Assembly: GCA_051382335.1 (NCBI GenBank)
Contig: JBBCAX010000184.1
Span: 1 to 38,179, forward strand
Length of the DNA: 38,179 nt
Source of the DNA: Deltaproteobacteria bacterium TL4
GTDB lineage: Bacteria > SAR324 > NAC60-12
Reading direction: 5' to 3'
This document shows, in pieces, positions 11,801 to 19,489 of the stretch. Positions within the stretch are counted from its first letter, which is position 1; the number at the start of each line of letters is the position of its first letter. Position numbers and translations under genes: made by a program. The notes beneath the pieces were generated by a model. The model was given only the letters and a program-made list of their open reading frames with translations. It ran no database searches and was not told the origin of the DNA.

Positions 11801-12846
11801 ATTCAAAGGGGCAGGTGACACACACTGAAAATCCTTGGGGAGTGAAATTTTCAACTATGTTCCATATGACCAATGACTCTGGCTTGTTCCGTACAAAGGA
11901 ACAACTAGAAAGTGATGGTTGGATTTTGAAAGGGAATGTATTTGAGAAAAGAGAGCATAAATATTTGCCGTTGTATGAAGGAAGGATGATACACCACTTT
12001 GACCACCGAGTGGCATCGATGGGGACAAATGAATGTAATACCTTTCGTAGTGGTGTGACTTTGGAGACATCTAGCGAAAATCATATGGATTCTGAATATG
12101 CTGTGATGCCAAGATATTGGGTATTTCATGGTGATGTATACCAAAAACTTCATCAAGAATTTAATCAGAATGCGCTTATAGTCTTCAAAGATGTCACAAG
12201 TTCAACTAATGAGAGAACATTCATTGGTGGTATAATTCCCTTTAGCGCTATCGGAAATACACTACCAATTATGTTAGTTCCAAAGACCAATTATTCTATG
12301 AGTGCTTTGTTAATTAGCAATCTAACAGCTTTTTCCTTTGATTCTATTGCAAAGTTTAAAATCGGTGGGAATCATACGAATTTTTTCCTCATTAATCAAT
12401 TACCTGTCATAATGTATTCTGTTTATAGCCAGAACACTCTTTGGAGCCATCCCTCACAATTATCCCAATGGATAAGTAGCAGAGCAATCGAACTTATTTT
12501 CACGGCTTGGGATTTAGAACCTTTTGCCAAAGATTGCGGCTACACTTACCCACCCTTCAAATGGAACGAAGAGCGTCGTCACTTAATCCGGTGTGAACTG
12601 GATGCCGCCTATTTCCATTTGTACAGCATTGAGCGGGATGATGTGGATTACATCATGGGAACCTTTCCGATTGTGAAGCGCAAGGATGAGCAAAAATATG
12701 GGGAGTATCGTACCAAAGCCATCATTCTGCACTGCTATGACAAAATGGCAGAAGCCATCAAAACCGGAGAGCCTTATCAAACGATTCTGGATCCGCCTCC
12801 TGCTGATCCAAGTTTGTGTCATCCTCCAAGAGAGGAGGTCAGATGA
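8809..12846 (+). CDS. Type IIG/Eco57I-like N6-adenine DNA methyltransferase (DrmMI-like) with C-terminal target recognition region
   Basis: 1345 aa. Motif X GSYYTP, motif I DPACGSGHFL, YGVDINP, motif IV GNPPW in gamma-class order; N-terminal WAFVSNGK segment resembles IIG/HsdR-N-type domains. Confidence 0.92.
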   Translation: MQTKHQAAFITIRTEGAILPPDLLQRVADGDASLDGMTSDSYHLASGIKLNEAINRSWTWMLGRWQSFKESKAKLPEGDRGTTVTRERLLLPLFQELGYGRLTVSKAFEIEGKTYPISHLWQNNPIHLIGYGVDIDKMNKGVAGSAKINPHGMVQEFLNRSEAHLWAFVSNGKTLRILRDNLRLTRQAYVEFDLESMFEGEIYADFVLLWLLCHQSRVEAEKPEECWLEKWSKVAQDQGTRALDHLREGVESAIRSLGSGFLKHPANGELREKLRSGTLNKQDYYRQLLRMVYRLILLFVAEDRELLFDPHSAAEARKAYLEHYSLTRLRTMAGRIRGGRHHDLYQMLKLITQKLGGDHGCPELGLPALNGFLFSAEALPDLELAELANADLLEAIRCLSTINDGVALRSVDYRNLGAEELGSIYESLLELHPDLNLDAGTFELKTAGGNERKTTGSYYTPSSLIQCLLDSALEPVLVEALKQPNPEDALLSLKVCDPACGSGHFLIAAAHRIARKLAIVRTGDDEPAPPEIRHALRDVISHCIYGVDINPMSVELCKVSLWMEALEPGKPLSFLDHKIQCGNSLLGVTPRLLKNGIPDDAFHPIEGDDRAVCSGYKKENSIEKKQRSFLMSTADFQLDLGNLATTLMKLESIEGNSVDEIRKKHQLYHEYIDSSDYRFGHLLADAWCAAFVWEKTEDNPNPPITEDIFRRIEKNPWDLHLGTKNEIERLSQLYQFFHWQLTFPDIFRIPFKDEKPDNEQTGWCGGFDVVLGNPPWERIKLQEKEWFAERNTDIANAPNASRRRKMIDSLSETDPTLYQAFLEDCRKAEGESHFIRDSNTYPLCGRGDVNTYTIFAEMNRNLLSPMGRFGCIVPSGIATDDTTKFFFQDLMEKHSLSSLYDFENREKLFPDVDSRMKFCLLTLTGLKRPATQGADFVFFAQKVEDLHEDNRHFSLTAEEIALLNPNTRTCPIFRSKRDAELTKGIYRRVPVLIKETYNSKGQVTHTENPWGVKFSTMFHMTNDSGLFRTKEQLESDGWILKGNVFEKREHKYLPLYEGRMIHHFDHRVASMGTNECNTFRSGVTLETSSENHMDSEYAVMPRYWVFHGDVYQKLHQEFNQNALIVFKDVTSSTNERTFIGGIIPFSAIGNTLPIMLVPKTNYSMSALLISNLTAFSFDSIAKFKIGGNHTNFFLINQLPVIMYSVYSQNTLWSHPSQLSQWISSRAIELIFTAWDLEPFAKDCGYTYPPFKWNEERRHLIRCELDAAYFHLYSIERDDVDYIMGTFPIVKRKDEQKYGEYRTKAIILHCYDKMAEAIKTGEPYQTILDPPPADPSLCHPPREEVR

Positions 12847-13130
12847 TTATCAAAGAGTTAAAATTCAGCGGGCATGCGATACAGAGAATGTTTGAAAGAA
12901 AAATCACCAAAGACTCTGTTAAAAAGGTGATTATCTCAGGTGAGATTATTAAAGATTATCCGAATGACCAACCCTATCCCAGTATGTTGTTATTGGGATT
13001 TGAAGAAGATCGTCCGCTGCATGTGGTGCTGGGTATTGACCCGCATGACCAAACAGGATACGTTGTTACCGTGTATGAACCTGATTCAAAACTTTGGAGT
13101 ACTAACTTTAAAACAAGGAGAAAGCCATGA
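12843..13130 (+). CDS. DUF4258 family protein (putative RelE-like toxin)
   Basis: FSGHAIQRMFER..GEIIKDYP.D.PYPS.L.LG..PLHVV..VVTVYEPD..W pattern; ATG at 12843 after GAGGAGG, overlapping the methyltransferase stop (ATGA). Confidence 0.85.
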   Translation: MIIKELKFSGHAIQRMFERKITKDSVKKVIISGEIIKDYPNDQPYPSMLLLGFEEDRPLHVVLGIDPHDQTGYVVTVYEPDSKLWSTNFKTRRKP

Positions 13131-13351
13131 AATGTATGATTTGCAAACAGGGAAACACCGTGCAGGGAGTCACTGTGGTGACTTTGACAAGGGCTGAATC
13201 CATTGTGTTACTCAAGAATGTCCCGGCTGATATTTGTGAAAACTGCGGTGAATATTACCTTTCAGAAGACATTACTGAACAAGTGCTGTTAAAAGGAGAA
13301 AGTGCCTTGAAAAAAGGTGTTGAAATTGAAGTTCTGAGTTATGTCGCCTGA
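13127..13351 (+). CDS. YgiT/MqsA-type zinc-finger protein (putative antitoxin)
   Basis: MKCMIC...NVPADICENCGEYY; 74 aa, no HTH; ATGA overlap with the DUF4258 gene. Confidence 0.85.
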   Translation: MKCMICKQGNTVQGVTVVTLTRAESIVLLKNVPADICENCGEYYLSEDITEQVLLKGESALKKGVEIEVLSYVA

Positions 13352-13428
13352 GTGATGAAGGTCTATGGAAAAAGAAGTGAAAGTCTGGCAAATAGGAGTC
13401 AAACCCCTTTCAGTGTATCTTCATCAGC

Positions 13429-14658
13429 ATGTGGCTTGATCTCCGAACAGATAAAGGCAATATGGCATCTCTTCAATTACCTCACCCTTGTTCAGCAAAA
13501 GATTTAATTCAATCCTTGATTGAAAATGACATGATCACAGGAGAGTGGGAGAAACTGGTAATCCAGATCCCATCCCCTTGTTTTATCACGACAGGAGCCT
13601 TGGCATTTCTTTGTTCATGGGGATTGCTGCAGCGTAATCAGAATAAGACATTCACCGCCGTTGGTGATCCAAATTCCCTTCGTTATTGCTCCCGCATTGA
13701 CCTGTTGAAGCATTTGAACATTCCCTTTGAAGAGACCTTTGAGCGGCATGAGGAGAGAGGCCGTTTTATCCCGCTTAAACTCATTGAAACGCAAGAAGAC
13801 GTTTGTCGCGTCGTGAATCAAATATGTGAATTGGTCATTTCCCAATTTGAAAATGGACGCACTTTTTTACCAGCAATGGAATGGGCTGTGAACGAGGTGA
13901 TTGACAACATCAGCATTCACTCCCAATCAAAAACTCCGGGGGCTGTGTGTGCCCAGTATTTCACGGAACGGCAAAGACTGGATATTGGTATTTGTGATAT
14001 GGGCATTGGCATTAAGGCATCTCTCAGTGAGTCTCCTCATGTTCAGCCTTGGGACAGCCATGGAAGTGCTATTTCAAAAGCACTGTGTAGAGGCATAACT
14101 CGCAATAAAGCAGTGGGACAAGGCAATGGACTTGCGGGAACGAGAGAAATCACGGTAGCCAATGGAGGGAATTTTGATCTATGGACTGGAAATGCTTTGA
14201 ATCGTATTCAACTGGGGAAAGACAAAGGGTTTTCAGTCTTTGCTCAAGAAATTCAAGGGACCGGAATTCAGTTGCAGATGTTCACCAATCGCCCGGTGAA
14301 CCTGAAGGACACGTTTATTGAAGACAGTGGTGTAAATTATCTGGAAAACATAGCATGGAAAATCGAAGAAGGTGGGCTGAAAATCAAGGAAGAATGTATA
14401 CACACTGGAGGACGAGAACCAGCAAAACGATTACGATTAAAAATTCTCAATCTATTACCAGACATGGAAGAAGTGTTACGCTTGGATTTTACCGGCATTG
14501 AAAGCACATCCAGCAGTTTTCTTGATGAATTACTGAGTCGTTTGATCATGGAAATTGGTCATAAGGTGTTTCTGAAAAAAATTCAAATCATCCATGCGTC
14601 TCAACCAATCATTGACATGGCCAATGTGGTCATCCATCAACGTGTTGAAGATCATTAA
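13429..14658 (+). CDS. STAS-like + GHKL (HATPase) + DUF4325/STAS-like protein
   Basis: N-box EVIDNISIH, G1 DMGIGI, G2 GQGNGL, GT; C-terminal LDFTGIESTSSSFLDELL STAS-type motif. Confidence 0.75.
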   Translation: MWLDLRTDKGNMASLQLPHPCSAKDLIQSLIENDMITGEWEKLVIQIPSPCFITTGALAFLCSWGLLQRNQNKTFTAVGDPNSLRYCSRIDLLKHLNIPFEETFERHEERGRFIPLKLIETQEDVCRVVNQICELVISQFENGRTFLPAMEWAVNEVIDNISIHSQSKTPGAVCAQYFTERQRLDIGICDMGIGIKASLSESPHVQPWDSHGSAISKALCRGITRNKAVGQGNGLAGTREITVANGGNFDLWTGNALNRIQLGKDKGFSVFAQEIQGTGIQLQMFTNRPVNLKDTFIEDSGVNYLENIAWKIEEGGLKIKEECIHTGGREPAKRLRLKILNLLPDMEEVLRLDFTGIESTSSSFLDELLSRLIMEIGHKVFLKKIQIIHASQPIIDMANVVIHQRVEDH

Positions 14659-14661
14659 ACG

Positions 14662-14816
14662 TAGGTCGTCCAAAACATGCCTTTTTGATGTGATTTTTTT
14701 GCCCACTTTTTGGCCCTCTGAAAAATTGGAGGAAACCCACAGAAAATAAGGGGCCGTGAGACATTCTTGCAGGTCCATTTTTTGAGCAAGCTATTTTGGT
14801 CAATTTAGACGACCTA
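14662..14816. mobile_element. MITE (155 bp, non-autonomous)
   Basis: Terminal IRs TAGGTCGTCCAAA / TTTAGACGACCTA (12/13 match), flanked by a perfect direct repeat CATTAAACG at 14653-14661 and 14817-14825. Confidence 0.85.
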
Positions 14817-15012
14817 CATTAAACGCTACTGCCGTCAGATGCTCGTCTCATATCGCCACTATTGCCACTTATGCCTGAATTCCTAGCTGCGACAAGTGTT
14901 TTTTCAGGGGCGATATGATGTACTGAAGTGGCAATATTTATAACGCAGCAAACTAATCGCCCTACCAAAATCCTTTTCGCCCCTCATTTTTCTGATGGTA
15001 GGGGGGACAATA

Positions 15013-15731
15013 CATAGGTGTTCGTGGTTTTAAATCATAATAAATTCAATTGGCTTCTTGTTGAAAAGATGACATTCTGGATATTTTGCTAACACAACCC
15101 CAGGAGGCCTGGTATGAACAAAGAAGAGAGTCATCTCAAACAAATCAAGCAAGAGATTGCCGCAATTATCCCGGCCAAAGATGGACGAAGTCCAGGTTCT
15201 AACTAAAAAAAATTGGTGATCAACTCCTATGTTGTCGGGCCATCGGATTTTGGCATCCTACTGAATATCAGTACCATTGGTATCTTACCAATTTGACAGC
15301 TCTTGCGAAAATTATGTATCCACTCTACCGTTTGAGATGGCAAATTGAATTGATTTTTAAAGGGATACAGCAATCACTTAAGGCCAACCGACTCACCTCT
15401 AACAATTCCAACATCATTGAATCTTTATTGCTCGCTTCTATGGCTGCTCAGCTCATTTCCATGGTTATTTTAAGAGTGGGTTCGGCGAAGCTAAACAAAG
15501 AGCAACAATTGGCCTTCTCCTTTCAACGAATCTCAAAAATTGCTGTTGTACTGGCAAATGATTTTGTGAACTTTTTTTTACAGTCCACTAAACGAGCTTT
15601 TGACGAGCTTGTTGAAAAAATCAGGCTCTTTGCAAAAGAACTGTTTGATCCAAACTATCATCATCGGGAAACTTCACTGATGCGCATAAATAGAGAACTC
15701 GCTGGAGGAACATAAATCCCGAACACCTATG
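15013..15731 (+). mobile_element. Internally deleted IS4-family element
   Basis: Perfect 12-bp terminal IRs CATAGGTGTTCG (15013-15024) / CGAACACCTATG (15720-15731), 16/18 when extended; 719 bp total; encloses transposase fragments. Confidence 0.85.
15114..15715 (+). pseudogene. IS4-family transposase remnant
   Basis: GGAGG + ATG at 15114 giving a short N-terminal stub, then C-terminal part WYLTNL..YRLRWQIELIFK (YREK motif); most of the DDE core is missing. Confidence 0.85.
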
Positions 15732-15748
15732 CTGTCCGTGTATATCCG

Positions 15749-15868
15749 GGAGATCATGAAAATCCAACAAAACGACTCGCTGAAGAACTGGGAATAACTC
15801 ATTATTTTGCGGAGATTTTGCCTGAGGACAAAGCCAAACTTATCTGCCTTTTGATAAAGCATCGATAA
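15749..15868 (+). pseudogene. Fragment of heavy-metal P1B-type ATPase
   Basis: Manual translation GDHENPTKRLAEELGITHYFAEILPEDKAKLI matches the (T/S)GD...LGI...AE.LPEDK P-domain segment. Confidence 0.7.
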
Positions 15869-16011
15869 TTGATTAGACGGGGTCTTGACACACTGACCTT
15901 AAAAAGGGTACAGCCGATAAGACCTTACTTCCCGCATCGCTTCCGATAAAAGACACCATAGCAAAATAACCAGACGGACAGGATGGAGATCAACACGGAC
16001 AAGGGGAGATT

Positions 16012-16042
16012 ATTGTTGCGGAGAAAAATACTCCGCAACAAT
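16012..16042 (-). terminator. Stem-loop downstream of rplL (probable terminator)
   Basis: ATTGTTGCGGAG-7 nt-CTCCGCAACAAT perfect 12-bp stem; no strong U tract. Confidence 0.65.
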
Positions 16043-16109
16043 GAACTTTGGTGATTTGAGGGCATCAAGGACACACCCCAAATTGAAGAGGAATAAAGGT
16101 AAGAAAAAA

Positions 16110-16496
16110 CTATTTAATTTCAACACCTGCGCCAGCTTCTTCAAGCTTCTTTTTGATTTCTTCAGCTTCCGCTCTGGGGATGCCTTCTTTTACCGCTTTA
16201 GGTGCCGCCTCAACGAAATCTTTCGCTTCTTTTAAACCCAAACCCGTGATTGCGCGAACTTCTTTAATCACATTGATTTTCTTCTCTCCAATTGTCGCGA
16301 GAATGACGTCAAATTCGGTTTGTTCCACAGCAGCTTCAGACTCTCCACCGCCTCCGGCAGCAGGAGCAACAGCGACGGTAGCCGCAGCAGCACTAACACC
16401 AAATTTTGCTTCGAGTTCTTTTACCATTTCAGAGAGTTCGAGTACTGACATGCTTGAGATAAACTCAATCACTTGCTCTTTTGTGATCTCAGCCAT
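16110..16496 (-). CDS. rplL: 50S ribosomal protein L7/L12
   Basis: [33 protein letters not shown]. Confidence 0.99.
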   Translation of the reverse strand: MAEITKEQVIEFISSMSVLELSEMVKELEAKFGVSAAAATVAVAPAAGGGGESEAAVEQTEFDVILATIGEKKINVIKEVRAITGLGLKEAKDFVEAAPKAVKEGIPRAEAEEIKKKLEEAGAGVEIK

Positions 16497-16519
16497 GATC
16501 TTTCCTTAATATTTAGAGG

Positions 16520-17044
16520 TTAATTTTTAGATTCTGCAATTGCAGACAATACACGTAGAAATTTAGCAGGCACTTCGCTAAGCGTTCTAACAAACTGGGC
16601 CGCAGGAGCTTGCAATAGAAATAAGAATTTAACAAGAAGCTCGTCCCTGGAAGGAAGTTTTGCTAAGGCTTGAACTTCACTCTCTGTTAATAGGGAAGTT
16701 CGTCCCTGAGTTGATAGTATTCCTCCCTGTATGACTAAGGAGGTCTTTTTCTTGGCAAAATCCGTCAGTACTTTCGCTTGCCCTACCGGATCCTGACTTG
16801 CCACAATTGCACGTGTGTTCACTAATTGATCGTTTAAGCCTTCAAACGGTGTACCTTTTGAAGCAATTTTAGCTAAGGTGTTTTTGATCACCTTCATCTT
16901 GGATGATGACTCGCTGAGTTTTTTGCGTAACTCAACAATGTCATTTGCCGTTAATCCTCGATAATCCACTAAAATCGCCGCAGAAGCGGAAGTGAAAAGT
17001 TCCTTTAATTCACCAATAAGGGCTTCTTTTGCCGTTTTATCCAC
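16520..17044 (-). CDS. rplJ: 50S ribosomal protein L10
   Basis: DYRGLT..LRKKL..KVIKNTLA..LAKLPSRDELL; GTG start after AGGATGAG. Confidence 0.98.
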   Translation of the reverse strand: MDKTAKEALIGELKELFTSASAAILVDYRGLTANDIVELRKKLSESSSKMKVIKNTLAKIASKGTPFEGLNDQLVNTRAIVASQDPVGQAKVLTDFAKKKTSLVIQGGILSTQGRTSLLTESEVQALAKLPSRDELLVKFLFLLQAPAAQFVRTLSEVPAKFLRVLSAIAESKN

Positions 17045-17624
17045 AACTCATCCTAATATGAATTAATGTGTGAAATTAAGCTCTGATTACGGTAGAGCCT
17101 ACGTTATGAATTAAAAGTAAAAAGAAGTTTACTCCCGAAACTCAACCAGTCACCCGTCACGAAATGAATATCAGCCTTCAGACATAAGGTATTAGTTTTT
17201 GATAAAACCTGTGATATCAGCATTTTTTTCAAACTAACCCACCGCTATAAGCTAAAGATCCATTAAGCGATAGTGACTAATTAAAGAATCTAGGAAGCAG
17301 AACCTCCTTCTTTCAAGCGTAAAGCTTCCGAGCGTTCTTTAAAAAATCATGCGTTGCACAATCTCAGAACTCCTTTAGGCTAAAGCTTTCTGGTTTGAAA
17401 CAGAACCCCATTTCCCCACAGAAACGCGGAATTCCGTGTCTACTCGAAACGGGTAAACCCCACTCTTTAGGTGTTTTCTCCAAGGCACACCCTGACCATA
17501 CACTGAATCCCTGAACGATGTTCTTAATGATTCATGGCTAAAAAGTGAAAAAACCTGTTTAAAGTCCTGACAGATTGAGGAAGGAAGAAGACAGCATACA
17601 CGATGGGAAAAAACGTGCGGAGAT

Positions 17625-17671
17625 GTCTCGGCAGGATGATTAAGCCCCAAGGGGCCCCTACTGTCTTCGAC
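17625..17671 (-). promoter_or_regulatory. Ribosomal protein L10 leader core (autoregulatory RNA element)
   Basis: Minus strand GTCGAAGACAGTAGG-GGCCCCTTGGGGC-TTAA-TCATCCTGCCGAGAC fits the L10-leader pattern (GAAGAC.G.AGG...TTAA...CCTGC.GAG). Confidence 0.8.
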
Positions 17672-17707
17672 AATCTTCAGTTTTGAAAATTCAGAAACAG
17701 TACTTTT

Positions 17708-18403
17708 CTAGCCTCTGATACTCTGGATATCGACTTTTAATCCAGGTCCCATGGAGGAGGTGATCGTACATTGTCTCATATAAATGCCTTTTGACGCGGG
17801 AGGCTTCAGGCGATTAATGGTCTCAACGAAAGCCCTGATATTTTCAACCAACTTAACAGGCTCAAAAGAAACTTTTCCGACAGGTGCTTGTAATATTCCG
17901 TTTTTGTCTGCACGAAACTCCACCTGCCCCGCTTTAATCATTCCAACCGTTTGCCCAATATTGGTAGTCACTGTTCCCAGTTTGGGGTTTGGCATGAGAC
18001 CTCTCGGTCCCAAAAGCCGACCAATTCGACCAACCAAGCTCATCATATCGGGACTTGCGACAACTCTGTCAAATTCAAACCATCCCCCCTGGATTTTCGT
18101 GACCAAATCTTCCGCCCCAACATAATCGGCTCCAGCTTCCCGGGCCTCCGCTTCTTTATCACCTTTAGTAAAAACCAGAACTCGAACTTCTTTCCCCAAA
18201 CCATTAGGAAGAGAGCAGGTTCCTCTAACCGTCTGATCGGCTTTTCGAGGATCAACCCCCAAGTTCAACGCAATTTCAATCGTCTCGTCAAACTTGGTAA
18301 CCTTCACATCTTTTAATAAATTGACCGCATCTGTCAAAAGATAGACTCGCGCTCTGTCAACTTTTTCATCAATTAATTTTTCTCGCTTTGTTTTCTTTTT
18401 CAT
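17708..18403 (-). CDS. rplA: 50S ribosomal protein L1
   Basis: [38 protein letters not shown]; start reassigned to ATG 18403 (MKKKTKR). Confidence 0.98.
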   Translation of the reverse strand: MKKKTKREKLIDEKVDRARVYLLTDAVNLLKDVKVTKFDETIEIALNLGVDPRKADQTVRGTCSLPNGLGKEVRVLVFTKGDKEAEAREAGADYVGAEDLVTKIQGGWFEFDRVVASPDMMSLVGRIGRLLGPRGLMPNPKLGTVTTNIGQTVGMIKAGQVEFRADKNGILQAPVGKVSFEPVKLVENIRAFVETINRLKPPASKGIYMRQCTITSSMGPGLKVDIQSIRG

Positions 18404-18471
18404 AACGTCACTGTAGAATATAATGATCGGAATCTCATCTTGCTTTTTGAAAGGGGAAACCCCTATCAAAA

Positions 18472-18897
18472 TCAACTCTCAACGATCTCAACACCCATAC
18501 TTTGTGCTGTTCCCGCAACAATACGTTTTGCCGTTGCAAGATCATAACAATTCAAATCGGGCAATTTGATTTTAGCAATTTCCTCAAGCTGAGCATCTGT
18601 CAAGGACCCAACCTTTCTTGTGTTTGGCGTCGCTGAACCTGACTTCAGGTTCAGTGCACTTTTGATTAATACAGCAGCTGGAGGCGTCTTCATAATGAAG
18701 GTGAAAGAACGATCAGAATAGACCGAAATCACAACAGGGATAATCGTATCCAGCCCCTGCGTTTTTGCATTAAAACTTTTACAAAATTCCATGATGTTCA
18801 CTCCACGCTGACCTAATGCTGGGCCAATGGGGGGAGACGGATTTGCTTTTCCGGCAGGAACTTGGAGTTTAATATAGGCAACGACTACTTTAGCCAT
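18472..18897 (-). CDS. rplK: 50S ribosomal protein L11
   Basis: [31 protein letters not shown]. Confidence 0.99.
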   Translation of the reverse strand: MAKVVVAYIKLQVPAGKANPSPPIGPALGQRGVNIMEFCKSFNAKTQGLDTIIPVVISVYSDRSFTFIMKTPPAAVLIKSALNLKSGSATPNTRKVGSLTDAQLEEIAKIKLPDLNCYDLATAKRIVAGTAQSMGVEIVES

Positions 18898-18921
18898 AGG
18901 ACCCCTTAATTTATAACAAGG

Positions 18922-19476
18922 TTAAGCACTTTTTACTTTATCAAATTCAACTTCAACGGGAGTGGGACGGCCAAAAATACTCACCAAGACCTTCAGCTTG
19001 CTTTTTTCTCGATTGATTTCGTCAATGGTTCCGTTAAAATTACTGAAAGGTCCCTCGGTAATCATCACTTTTTGACCAATGATGTACTCTTCTTGAATTG
19101 CTGCTTGTTGAGCGCCTGTATCAATTTGCTCGTAGATGGCTTGAAGCTCTTTATCATCCAAGGGGAGTGGATCTTTTTTGGTACCTCCCACAAACCCTGA
19201 CACCCGATGAATCCCCATAAGAAGATGCCATAAATCAGGAGTAAGATTCATACGGATTAGAATATATCCGGGAAAATACTTCTGATTGACGGTTCTCTTC
19301 TTTCCACCTTTTGTTTTTACAACGTTTTCCGAAGGGATGAAGATTTTTTCCACCAACCCCTCAAGCTTTTTGATCTGCAACTGTTCACGAATCAAGCTTT
19401 CCACTCGTGTTTCATATCCAGCATACGCTTGAAGAATGTACCATTTGTATGCAGAGTTCGCCTCGGACATAGACAC
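18922..19476 (-). CDS. nusG: Transcription termination/antitermination factor NusG
   Basis: [41 protein letters not shown]. Confidence 0.98.
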   Translation of the reverse strand: MSMSEANSAYKWYILQAYAGYETRVESLIREQLQIKKLEGLVEKIFIPSENVVKTKGGKKRTVNQKYFPGYILIRMNLTPDLWHLLMGIHRVSGFVGGTKKDPLPLDDKELQAIYEQIDTGAQQAAIQEEYIIGQKVMITEGPFSNFNGTIDEINREKSKLKVLVSIFGRPTPVEVEFDKVKSA

Positions 19477-19489
19477 ACTACCTTACCTT

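Noticed and set aside
745..12846. Calling the locus canonical DISARM, BREX or Druantia
   Set aside because: No separate DrmB or PLD DrmC, no PglZ/BrxC, no DruA-D-like genes; only the component families are shared.
17375..17650. 91-aa ORF in the rplA-rplJ spacer
   Set aside because: Starts at TTG inside the L10 leader hairpin, with no convincing RBS and atypical composition.
17045..17707. Spacer as tmRNA, RNase P RNA, SRP RNA or group II intron
   Set aside because: No tRNA-like ends, no GAGGAAAGTCC, no SRP domain IV motif and no domain V hairpin found by eye.
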